Shown here piece by piece: positions 53,094 through 64,000 of a stretch of DNA of 64,000 nucleotides (positions within the stretch are counted from its first letter, which is position 1; every line of letters starts with the position of its first letter). Under the pieces are notes generated by a model, which was given only the letters and a program-made list of their open reading frames with translations, was not told where the DNA came from and did not search any database. The stretch is from Hemiscyllium ocellatum (lineage: Eukaryota), in assembly GCF_020745735.1 (NCBI RefSeq), contig NC_083420.1, forward strand, positions 50,163,931 through 50,227,930, written 5' to 3'. The position numbers were made by a program, and so were the translations under genes.

Positions 53094-53396
53094 TTTAGAT
53101 TAGACTTACAGTGTGGAAACAGGCCCTTCGGCCCAACAAGTCCACACCGACCCGCCGAAGCGAAACCCACCCATACCCCTACATTTACCCCTTACCTAAC
53201 ACTACGGGTAGTTTAGGATGGCCAATTCACCTGACCCGCACATCTTTGGACTGTGGGAGGAAACCGGAGCACCCGGAGGAAACCCACGCAGACATGGGGA
53301 GAACGTGCAAACTCCACACAGTCAGTCGCCTGAGTCGGGAATTGAACCCGGGTCTCAAGCGCTGTGAGGCAGCAGTGCTAACCACTGTGCCGCCCA
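53094..53396 (-). mobile_element. Young tRNA-SINE (HE1-like) in FBXL18 intron
   Basis: CpG-rich copy with GGTTCAATTCC B-box on the minus strand and a TCTAA tail. Confidence 0.88.
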
Positions 53397-53964
53397 CTAT
53401 GGAAGATTCTGTCTTCCATAATTTCAACAGCTACTTAGATATATGTATTTGGTGATTTACTGTAATAAAAACTCCTAGCAGGTTTCATAGATAGTCCATA
53501 TCTTTCTCAAATGGCAAAAGTGTGTTCAAGTTTATCTAATTGATGGAAGATTGCAGGTCTAGTGCCAGGTTCCTGCTGAGTTAGCTGATCTCCAGCAGAG
53601 GGTGCTCCCATTGACCCTAGCAACACTCAGCTCTGAAAGAGGCATTACTGCTCTCCTCCTGTCCATGGATGGACAGTACAAGTGTATGGGGACTGGCTGT
53701 GAGATGGGGTGTATGTGGACCGGCCTTGGGACAGGGTGTACAGGTGTACGGGGGCCAGCTGTGGAGAAGGGTGTACAGGTGTATGAAGATCAATGTGCGA
53801 TGGGGTTGGACTCAACTTGGACACAATTGCTCAGTTTTCTGACTCTAAGACCTTGAATGTATAATCTAGGAAAAGGGCAGGGGAGAGTGGAAGTGTCCAT
53901 CATTCTGCAGCACTTAACAATTTGAATTAGATAATAAAGGGCAACATTTTTCAGTGACTGAAGA

Positions 53965-54424
53965 ATTTTTACAAGGATGTTGCCAGGGTTGGAGGATTTT
54001 GATCTACAGGGAGAGGCTGAATAGGCTGGGGCTGTTTTCCCTGGAACGTCAGAGGCTGAGGTTTATAAAATCATGATGGACATAGATAGGAATAATAGAT
54101 CTTTTTCCTCGGGTGGAGTAGTCCAGAACTAGAAGGCATAGGTTTAGGGTGAGAGGGAAAAAATGTAAAAGGGACATAAGGGGACAACATTTTCAAGCAG
54201 GGGATGATGCATGAATGGAATGAGCTGTCAGAGGAAGTGGTGGAGGCTGGTACAATTACAGCATTTATAAGGCATTTGGATTGTTATATAAATAGGAAGG
54301 GTATAGAGGGATAAGGGCCAAGTGCTGGCAAATGAGATTGGATTAGGTTAGGATATCTGGCCAGCATGGACAATTTGGACCGAAGGTTCTGTTTCTGTGA
54401 TATACATCTGTCTCTCTGACTCTA
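53965..54424 (+). mobile_element. CR1 LINE 3' end
   Basis: FTRMLPGLEDF...; same 3' UTR as 32340-32856. Confidence 0.85.
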
Positions 54425-55394
54425 AATGATGACCAGAGGCCCCAGATTTAAGCTGTTGGCAATTGAACCAGAGGCAGATGACTGTAAAATGTTTTGCAGC
54501 AACCATTTAAAATGTTGCGTTATGTGTTGCCATCTATAGTAAATGCAGATTGAGTGTTAGCTTGCAAATGAGAACTGGTTAAATACTTGAATGATGAAAA
54601 ATTGCAGGGCTATGGGTAAGGAATGGGACGGTGGGACTAACTGTTATTCTTCAGAAGAATTGGTTCAGATCTGAGGGCAGACTATTTCCTGTGATAGACT
54701 GTTTCATGGTATTGCCATGGAGAAGAGAATATGTGAAAGGATATATTTTCTTTGAACATTGAGCCTTTAAAGGTAAGATTAAAACTAATGAACGGCATAA
54801 AATCAGTGGAACAAGCATAGCAAGCCTGAATGCAATTGGCTTTATATATTAAAAAAAGTGCATTAAATACAATACATACCCAAAGATCAATAGGGAATCC
54901 ACATGTAAAGCTAGAAGTTTGTCCTTTCTTTCTGTACCAGAGCAATACAGTATTCGCAATTGAAAATGATGAAGATTGAGCTTAGGATGGAAAGTAACCA
55001 CTAGAGGGCAGTAGAATAAGCCTGTAGTGCTTAACTGGAGAACTCTCCACTGAAATTGAATTTGATTTTCAACACAGCAGTAGTTCCTTTTGCACCAGAT
55101 TTTACTTCACCTGGGGTATTGTTATGATCCCTGTAAAGGCTGACAAGTTTCTAAAAGGAAATTCAAATTCCCAGTGGCCAACATAAAGGATTTACAGAAC
55201 AAGAATTCAAGGTTTGAGACCTTTACTGTTACACAAACTAAGAGCAACTATTGCTGAACAGTATTTCAGTGGGTAGTTTATACTCTGAACTAAAGGAAAA
55301 CAAAACAACGATCACTTTTTACTCTTCTTTATATTACGTGTAAGCAGCCATTCTAGTCTTCTGTTTACAAGATACCTGGACTTGAGTTAAATTA

Positions 55395-55770
55395 TGTAAG
55401 GAGAAATGAGACTTGCTTTCCCTAGAATTTGGAAGAATAAGGGGTGATTGGATCAAAGACATTATGATATTAATGGGAAAAGGGAGAGCAGATAAAGATA
55501 AATTATTTCCACTGGCAAGGGATTCTAGAGTTAGGGGCTGCAGTCTGAGAATTAGGACCAAATCATTTAGGAGAGATGTTAGAAAGTACTTTGAACCTTC
55601 TTCCACAAATGGTAATAGGTGCTGAATCAGTTGTTAACTTTATCCATTTCAGATTAAAACTTTTGTTAACAAAAGGTGTTAAGGAATATGGGCCAAAGGC
55701 AGGGTATATAGAGTTAGGCCATAGGTCAGCCATTGAATGGTAGAACAGGCTTGTGAATGGCCTACTTTTG
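55395..55770 (+). mobile_element. Old CR1 LINE 3' fragment
   Basis: SLEFGRIRGDWI...LFPL...SRVRGCSLRIR...FRRDVRK. Confidence 0.7.
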
Positions 55771-57117
55771 TTTTTTTTTAAACCACTCCAGTGTGATTCT
55801 TGACTCCTGAGGACTTGATTCCCTTCTCTTTGTTTTCCAGTTCGATAACTTCTAATCCTCAAATTGACTTCAGCAATGAAGATTACTTATAGCCAAAGCT
55901 AGGCAAATCTTCCCATCTTGTTTACTTCCTCATGAGTCAGTCCTTTGAGTTTGACCATGAGCTCCTGCCTATGTCCTTGTGGGGTGAACTGTACACAGAA
56001 CCTCTGCCTCCATCCCTCTCTCTCAGCCTGTCATCTGTGTGGCCTGATTAAGAAAACACACAATGACTTCCTATGGATCCATTCCCTCTCTAAACTTATC
56101 TCCATGGCAACAGGAATCATATGGACCTCACATACAGGTAGAAATGCTAATTAGCCATCCTTTAGACCTTCTATTTCATTCTGTCTTGAAGTTAAGTAGA
56201 AAACTTGAATTATAATAGTTTATGAAACATGATATTCCGAGCACCTTCCTGGGACTTTGGAAACATGTAGCCTGTTCACTGTATTTCCTGTGAAATAACA
56301 TGCCAGCCCCTTTTTAAGCTGTAACACCTAAACCTGCTGTCTGTAGAACATAAATTCCTCCATTCCTCCTATTTAACCCTAAATTAAAGACGCTGTCTGA
56401 AAGCATAAGCATCTTCTAAACCTCACATTTCTAAAGCTCTTGGTTGGAGGTTGGAGGTTGCACGTACCTCATGTTTTGGTGCTTCTCCCTTTGAAGCTGG
56501 AGCAGTGAGATACAAACCATGAATTGCTGTATAATTCAAGCTTTTTTTTTCCTTTTGCAGAAGTAACTTCACACGAGCTGATCAATCCAAAACAGGCTGG
56601 CTGTCTTATATTGCTTGTCAAATCAAACCCTAGTACCTTGTCCAGTTGTTATTCTTGATGTGGCAATGTAATTGATGACATACTCCAATTCTGTAGCACA
56701 TCTTGATCAGCGGACTCTGATTATCACTCATTTCCGCGCTCTCATTGTAAAATATAATTGAGTAGGGGCTTTTTCAATTCTCCATTTCTTCTCTGCTCCC
56801 ACGTTCCTAGACTGGAGCACAGAACCCTGTTTGGGATCTGAGGTATGGTCCATTGATTGATGCAGGAATTTCTGGCCTTGATTTTGGATCTCTTATCACA
56901 TTTACTGAGCCTTCATATCTATTGACAAGTTTTATCTACTGGAGGTTCAGTCCTAAAAGTTATGAAGCAGCAATTGTTTTGAGAGGAAGTAAAAGATTCC
57001 ACTGCTTCACCTGCATCAGTGTAAATGCACTGCTCATGTTTATTATAGAACAAAGCTTTCTCTTAAATGACTTTTTGCCTTCATAGCCTTTGAACTTAAA
57101 CTTTGTTTTGTTTCCAG

Positions 57118-58697
57118 GAGAGTGACACAAAAGTGACATCTCTGCTGAAAGAAATAGCTGGTGACATTCAACAACTGAAGCTGAGTGGCTGCTATTGGTT
57201 GTCTGGCTCGACTATTGATCAGGTGGTAAAATGTAAAAACATCTTGAAGCTTGACCTGACAGGATGCCGCATGACATCCCTGCGTCTTTCCAGAATGCTG
57301 TCTGTACTCCGTAACCTGCGCTCCCTTGCTTTAGATGTCAGCCAAGGATTTGACGTGGGCCAACTGAGCAGTGAATGTAAGGCAACACTTGGCAAAATAA
57401 CTGAACTAAAGCAGACTTTATTCACCCCTTCTTATGGCATTGTTCCGTGCTGTACCAATCTGGAGCGGCTGTTGCTTTATTTTGAAATCCCAGATCGGAC
57501 TCGAGAGGGGGAAATGCTCTCGGGCCAACTGATGGTTGGGCAAAGCAACATTCCCCACTATCAAAATCTCAAGGTATTCTATGCAAGGTTGTCACCAGGC
57601 TATGTTAACCAGGAAGTTGGGAGGTTTTACCTGTCAGTCCTGAGCATTCGGACTCCTGAGAACCTGCGTGCCTTTATTCTCTCTGTCCCTGGGGTTTTTG
57701 TTGACACTGGGTGCTCCACACGGAACTTTCTTGATTGTATGACTAAAAACTTTAGCTTGGAGGCGCTGCAGCTCCCTCGATCCTGGTTGAACGGATCTTC
57801 GCTTCTACATTCCTCACTTCTGCACACCATTACGTTGAGCAACCCTGTCTATTTGAACTTCAGCCACTGTATCCTGTCTGGCTGTCAGCTGAGCCATCAG
57901 ATCATTAATGGAGGCAGAAACGTCCAGTCACTAGTTAGTTTGAACCTCAGCGGTTGTGTCCATTGCCTGCTCTCAGACTGTTCTGTCTTTCGCAAGGCCA
58001 AAGATGACATTGACTTCGATGTGGTGGAAGCACTGGTAAACTGTTGCCCCAACCTGAGGCACCTGAATCTATCTGCAGCTCACCACCACAGCCCTGAGGG
58101 CACCGGACGGCACTTGTGCTTGCTTCTAGCAAGGTTGAAGCAGTTGCGTTCGTTATCGCTCCCAGTGTGCTGCGTGACGCAAAGTACCAAAAGTGCCGAC
58201 AAGCCGCCTAATCACGCCGTGCCTGCCTTGCAGGCACAGTCCGTGCGCCGGGGTCTCGGAAAGAAGGTTCGAATTGGAGTGCCGACCTATCCAAGGAATA
58301 TTCAGGAGCAGCTGTCGTTGAGTTTGCCAGCAACTGTGTTTGGGACTCTGCTGGAGAATGTTCCCTTTTTGGAAGAGCTGGAGCTGATTGGGTCCAGTTT
58401 CTCCTCGAACGTACCTCGGAATGAGCCTGCCATCAGAAACGTACAGCCACCCTGTGACCGAGCGCAGCGGATCCAAGACGAAGAGCTGGTGCTCATTGGG
58501 CATCTGCAGCACCTGCGCAGTCTGACCTTGGCCCAGCTTCCTGGCATTCTGACTGGCTCAGGGCTGATTGGTATAGGACTGAGGTGTCAGCGGCTACAGA
58601 CATTATCTCTGGCAAACCTTGGTCTGCTGGGGAAAGTGGCTTACATGCCAGCCTTGTGCGAAATGCTGAAGCACTGCAAACAGTTGAAGGACTTGAG
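57118..58697 (+). CDS. FBXL18: FBXL18 large leucine-rich-repeat exon
   Basis: GCYWLSGST, QLSSECKATL, LKQTLFTPSYGIVPCC, GQLMVGQSNIPHYQNL and LRHLNLSAAHHHS match FBXL18; acceptor TTCCAG| in phase with the upstream exon; donor AG|GTGAGA; ACTB-FBXL18 synteny. Later exons not identified in this window. Confidence 0.95.
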
Positions 58698-59789
58698 GTG
58701 AGAGCATGTCTTTCTTAGAATGTGAAGTTTTCACGTGTCCTCTGGAACTAAAGGATTCACCGTTTATTAATCAGTAACATTTTGCATCTTCATGTGAAGC
58801 TGTCAGTAAATCACAAGGTGATAAAGAGAGCGTCATTGTTCTAGCACCTTCTTAAGTTCTCAGGATGTCACAAAGTGCTCAGAGTCAATGAACTGTTTAA
58901 ATATAGTCCTGCAGAGTCTCTCAAAGAGCAATGATTGACCAGTGATGATAGTGTAATGGTTATGTTTCTATACTAGCAATTCAAGAATCTCCATAAATCA
59001 TCCAGATGACCTGACATCAAATCCCATCATTTCAGAAGGAGCATTTTCTTATGAGATGAAAATATATTATTTTTAAATAAAAAGTTGGTATCAGTTGAGT
59101 AAAAGTACTGTGTTGTTGGAAGAATGTTTACAAACTGATTCACTCATTTGTTGGAGAAAACCTGCCATCTTTACCAATTTTGAACAGCTCACTAGCGTAG
59201 CTGATTATAAACCCACTGTGGTTCTACTGACAGCATCATGAACAGCTATGGACCATGCTTCCAGCTGAAGGTGTGGAGTGAGGGTAACAATCCTGTCACA
59301 GTAGCTTTGTCACTCATTCAGCAGTTGTGACTGTGTTGCACTGCTCCCAAGTGACATTATATTCATAATATGGTACACATTTCTTGTACAGCTTACTTGT
59401 GCGTGATCACCCCCTTGTCCAAGACTCAGTTTGACTGCTATATGCTGTAGTGCTTTGGACAATGTTAATTGTTTTGTAAATTTTACTCATTTGTAGTTGG
59501 GGGAGAAAAGGTTATGACTGTTTGTAATAATGGAGGAGTTTCCTTTTCCGGGACAGCTACTCAGATACTCTGTCCTTGATCAGTGCAACATTGTTCATCT
59601 GTACAATTCGATCTGTTTTTGAGGCAAATAGTAGAAATCTTGAGGGTAATATTTTTGACCTAACAAAGGCTTATTCATTATAAGGTCCATGTGATTACAC
59701 CGAAATTGAAACTACAGTCAATTCTGCATCGCTGTCTACAGGATTTAACTGGCACCAATTATTTAGTGGTGGATGTGACTTACAGTTGC

Positions 59790-60520
59790 TATGTTTTTAT
59801 TTTATTCTTTTGTGGGATGTGAGTTCCACCAGCTAGGCCATCTTTTATTGCCTTGTCCCTGATTGCCCTTGGGAACGTTGTGGTGATCTGCCTTTTAAAC
59901 CATTGCAGATCTTTGGATGTAGATCCACCCACAGTGCTCTTATGAAGGGGACTTCCAGAATAGGGATCCATTGATAATGATGGTATTCCTTTAACCTGCT
60001 CTTCCATCTGTAAAGCTCATGGAAGATGCTGTTGAAGGAGTGCAGAGTATTCAATCTTGTTTTTGATTTATCCTTTGTAGATGGTGGGGCAGATTGTAAA
60101 GAATCATGAGGTGAGTTAACCGCCACAGAATTCCCAGGGTCTGACTTGCTCTTGTAGCAATGGTATTTATTTGGATAGTGCAGTTAACTTGCAAGTTAAT
60201 GGCCTAATTAACATTCCCTCGCTGTCCCCCCCGCCCCCCCCCCCGGTACATTGATGGTAAGGCTTCAACACGGCTGTATGGTTCAGTTCTCATTTATTGA
60301 AGATAGCCACTGTCCTGGCACATGTGTTACTTGTCATTTTATCAGCCCAAACCTGACTGAGTCTTTGCTGCATGGCTACTTTATTATGTGGGGGATTGTG
60401 ATTGGAGCCACTGCTGACTTTATGATGGGAAGAGGATCTTTGATAAAGTTACTTATGAGTCAGACACTAACCTGAGGAACAACTGCAGCTATGTCCTGGA
60501 ACTGAGATGATTGACTTCTC
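59790..60520 (-). mobile_element. Old LINE (CR1/L2-type) 3' fragment
   Basis: TTTATTC..TGGGATGTG...CTAGGCCA...TTTATTGCC..TCCCT.ATTGCCC end, also seen in short form at about 8395-8470. Confidence 0.5.
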
Positions 60521-61489
60521 TCCTGTCTGCTTTGTTTTAGTTAAATATCACCCAGCTGTGCCTGTTACATGTCATCTCCATGTTGCTAGTTCTCTACTCT
60601 TTCTATACGGTCTGGGCCTTTTTCTTTCCATATTAGATTCCAGAAGGCAGCTGCCAGTGGCTCCTCAATGTATTTGCTGCATATCTACTCATGCCTTCCT
60701 TCGATTCCTGATCATCTTTTGCAAACCTAGCCTCTCCCTTGCAGTTTCTCCTCTTTCTCATCCACCTTCCCTTTCAATGTATTCTTCTTCCTGTTGCTTC
60801 TCCCATTTTCATTCCGATTCGGTATTCCTCTTTTTACTTGTCCCTTCTGGCCTACTCCCTGAAACCCCTAGGCCTGATCACCCCCACTTTCCCCAACCCT
60901 CCACAGCCCCACCATTCTGTTTTCAACAATCCCACCACCTTTCTGTTTTTCCTCCCGCTGTGACTCAATAAAACCTCCAAACGCAAGATGTTACATTTTG
61001 AAATCTTTGCAAGTGAAATGACATCTTGATGAAAAGACAGAGGCAATGAAGTATGGTGATACTTTATGGAGATACTGTAGCATAAATGGCCAAAAGATTT
61101 TAGTTTTCTTTGAGAAGGATTTTGGATATGTGTCATAGAATGAGAGTGTTAATCTGGAAAATCATTCCAAGTGCAACATTTGAATTACTTTTGTATATCC
61201 ACCTGTTTGTGGAATATCAAAGCCTCCTGATGGAAATTCTGCAAGTACAGTCATCATGGAAAGATGGATTCTTTTAGGTGAATGCTTAGATTCACCATGA
61301 TGTTTTTTTTGAGCCAGAGGCAATGTAGATGGTGCATTGCACTGACGTGTGCAAAGATATAGCAAGCAAACCAGAATGGTGCAGGCAGAGGAAACATGGC
61401 CCTGGTCATGGCATGAAGATCAGGATGAAGCTGTTGGTGGGTGAGACAGAGATCATTTTGTGTCTCAAACCCTTGAATGCTATAGTTTA

Positions 61490-62095
61490 CTGGACAGCAA
61501 AGATCACCATTCGGTTATATCTTTCAGAGACTTGCACAACTTATAGCAGACACCGCAAAGTACTAGAGAAATATCACCAGGACCGCCTTCACAAAATCCT
61601 TCAAATGTATTGACAAGAAAGGCAGTCCAACAGCAGCGCCTTCCCTGAAGCCAACACTCCTAGCACAGTGGAGTTAGTCGAGTAGAATCGGCTCTGTGGG
61701 CCATGCCACTTGTGTGGCTGGCATCCGATTCCAAATCAGTCGGTCTACTCAGACCTTGGTCATGACAGGAGACTTTGGTGATGATAGTAGACAAGTTTAA
61801 GAACATCCTCTGAGCATGCCTAAAAAAATCATATACTGTGACCAACTCATGGGAATACTTGGCTTGTAACTGACCAAAATGGGAACATTTCATTTGGAAA
61901 CACATCGAGGTTTTTGTTGGGAACACGGGCAAAGTCAAGACATCAGAAGGAATGTCTAAACCTCCAAACAGCCCATCTACCCAGTTCTTCAACCATCATC
62001 ATGTGGCTGAGTTTACAGAGCACGCATTGAACTTACCAGTCACCTCAGAAGCCATAAAACAGAGTTATCTTTGATGCTGAGGGACTGCCTCGGAA
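61490..62095 (+). mobile_element. RTE-type LINE 3' fragment
   Basis: LYLSETCTTYSRHRKVLEKYHQDRLHKILQ resembles the RTE C-terminal LYG.ETWT.Y.RH...LE.FHQRCLR.IL motif. Confidence 0.65.
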
Positions 62096-62478
62096 TAAGA
62101 CTTTGCGTGTGTGTCTATAAGATTGTTATAATAGATTAATGCTGGATCGTCACAGTCCTGTGGTGCAGCTCACATTGAGTTGAAGGTGGTGCAGCTTTAG
62201 AGTGATCGGGATGTAGCATGTCACCTGGCCTGTTGTGTGGCACATGCTGAAAAGTAAAAACTACTTCTCTTCCCGACTCTTCTCTGCTGAATGGCTGTCA
62301 TTGATAGCATTGAGTCGGAAGATTCAGTGTTCCAGCCACTCCAAGGCTTGAACACAACAATCAAAGCTGACACTTGTGCAGTACAGAGGTCAGAGGTGCT
62401 GTCTTCCAGATGAGATGTTAAAGCAACATCCCATCTGTCTGCTCTGAGAATGAAATTATGCTATGGGTTCTAAGAAAA

Positions 62479-62790
62479 GGGACGGCATGGTGGCTGTAGT
62501 TAGGACTGCTGCCTCACAGCCAGGGACCTGGCTTCGATTCTAACTGCGGGTGAATGTGTGTGGAGTTTGCACATTCTCCCTGTGGCTAAGAGAGTTTCGT
62601 CCCACAGTCCAAAGATGTGCAGGTTAGATGAATTGCTAAATTGTCCATAGTGTTCAGGGATGTGTAGGTCAGGTGCCTTAGTCAGGGGAAATGCAGAGTG
62701 TTAGGGGAATGGGTCTGGGTAGGTTACTCCTCAGAGGGTTGGTGTGGACCTGTTGGCCAAATGGCCTGTTTCCACATTGTAGGGATTCTA
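62479..62790 (+). mobile_element. tRNA-SINE (HE1-like)
   Basis: Same head, body and tail as the other copies. Confidence 0.8.
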
Positions 62791-64000
62791 ATTCGAAAGG
62801 AGTTTTCTCTGGTGTCCTTACCGATTTTTTTTTTGTGTGTATCTCAACAGACACATACAGGTTTTTATAGAGCCAAACTAGAGCCCATTGATATCGAACA
62901 GTTACCAAGAAATCCAATGGAGCAAAGATCACCATTCTGTTATATATTTCAGAGACTTGCGCAACTTATAGCAGACACCGCAAAGTATTAGAGAAATATC
63001 TACTGGGGGGTTTCAATGGAGCATATACTCTGGCATGGACTGTTTCACTAAATGACCTGTTTCTAAGCCATGTATCACACCCAAAACATGATTGCATTGC
63101 TTTTTGGTGGTGCTTGCTATACAAAAGCTAGCTGCTGCATCTCCTACACTACAGCAGTGACTACACTTCAGAAATACTGCTTTGAGGCACTCAGTAATTG
63201 TGAAAATAGCGACATAAATGCAAGTTTTTCTTTGTCCTGGAACTGTCCATTTCTCTAATTTTGTCATTATCTATCCCAAATTGTGGCTATTTCTCTCCCC
63301 TTGGAATGTCAATGCTTTTTATTTTGTTTCCGAACTCTTTTCTATTATCACTGTAGAAGTTTCTCATTGGTGTGTTCCTCAATTCATCACTGTGGTTCCC
63401 GACATGTTCCAACCCCCCTCCATATTCTGTTTCTATATTTCCTGCTTGAATTTTGAAACCCATCATATACAGCAAATAAAGTGACATATTTCAGTGCTGA
63501 GCTTTAACAGGGAGAGCTTGTCAGGGAGCTAATGGGAGAAATGTACTGCAAGGGAGGAAGCAAGAGAATAGGGACTGCAGGAAACATGGTGATGTTGGAA
63601 TTATTGGGCAAGGAAGTCATTCCCATTTGGGATAGGAAGTACAAATAGGATTATGTTATACAGAGGAAGATGGAGGTTGATCTGTCCTGATAGGCGAGGG
63701 TGTAGTGGGGCTGGATTGTATCCGGAAGAGAATTTGAGAAACCAGAGAAGGGATTTTGAAGTTTGGGTGCATGTCAAAAACTTTGAGTGGCCCCGTTAGC
63801 AGGATTGGATCATGTACATTTGACTAGTTGGGGTAATTGCAGGTATCCTACACTTTTATGGGAGGATCTGGAAAGAATGAATTATGTTTTGGCAGTGTCC
63901 GGGAAAGAAGAGTCTGGGGTTTGAGTCGCTTGGGTAAGCAAGGTGGGAGGAGGTAACAAGGCATACTTAAGTAGCCATCCGATCTGTTTTGAAAATCTTG

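Overview
Vertebrate genomic DNA, most likely from a cartilaginous fish (shark-type tRNA-SINE, CR1 and Penelope repeat landscape; this is an inference). There are two protein-coding genes, both on the + strand and in the human 7p22 order. The first is a complete cytoplasmic beta-actin gene (ACTB): CCAAT/CArG/TATA promoter at about 34.3 kb, a non-coding exon 1, and five coding exons at 36066-38062 giving 375 aa. The second is the 5' part of FBXL18 (coding exons 50550-51077 and 57118-58697; the gene continues beyond what I can place). FBXL18 has a GC-box/ETS minisatellite promoter and an in-frame 115-codon Q/P/L/T repeat ahead of the F-box. The rest is retroelement-rich: a decayed Gypsy LTR element, CR1 and RTE LINE fragments, tRNA-SINEs, Harbinger-like Myb relics and many Penelope-like elements (PLEs) of two clades. 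The most striking pattern is in the PLEs. They carry minimal hammerhead-ribozyme cores and repeatedly insert as fold-back structures with 3' ends outward, a one-sided tail and 9-15 bp direct repeats. They range from a 1.9-kb element with an open RT/GIY-YIG frame down to about 170-220 bp non-coding palindromes centred on the ribozyme. Four such insertions are piled into one CR1 copy. The window also holds four short (80-200 bp) segments copied 0.6-1.4 kb away.
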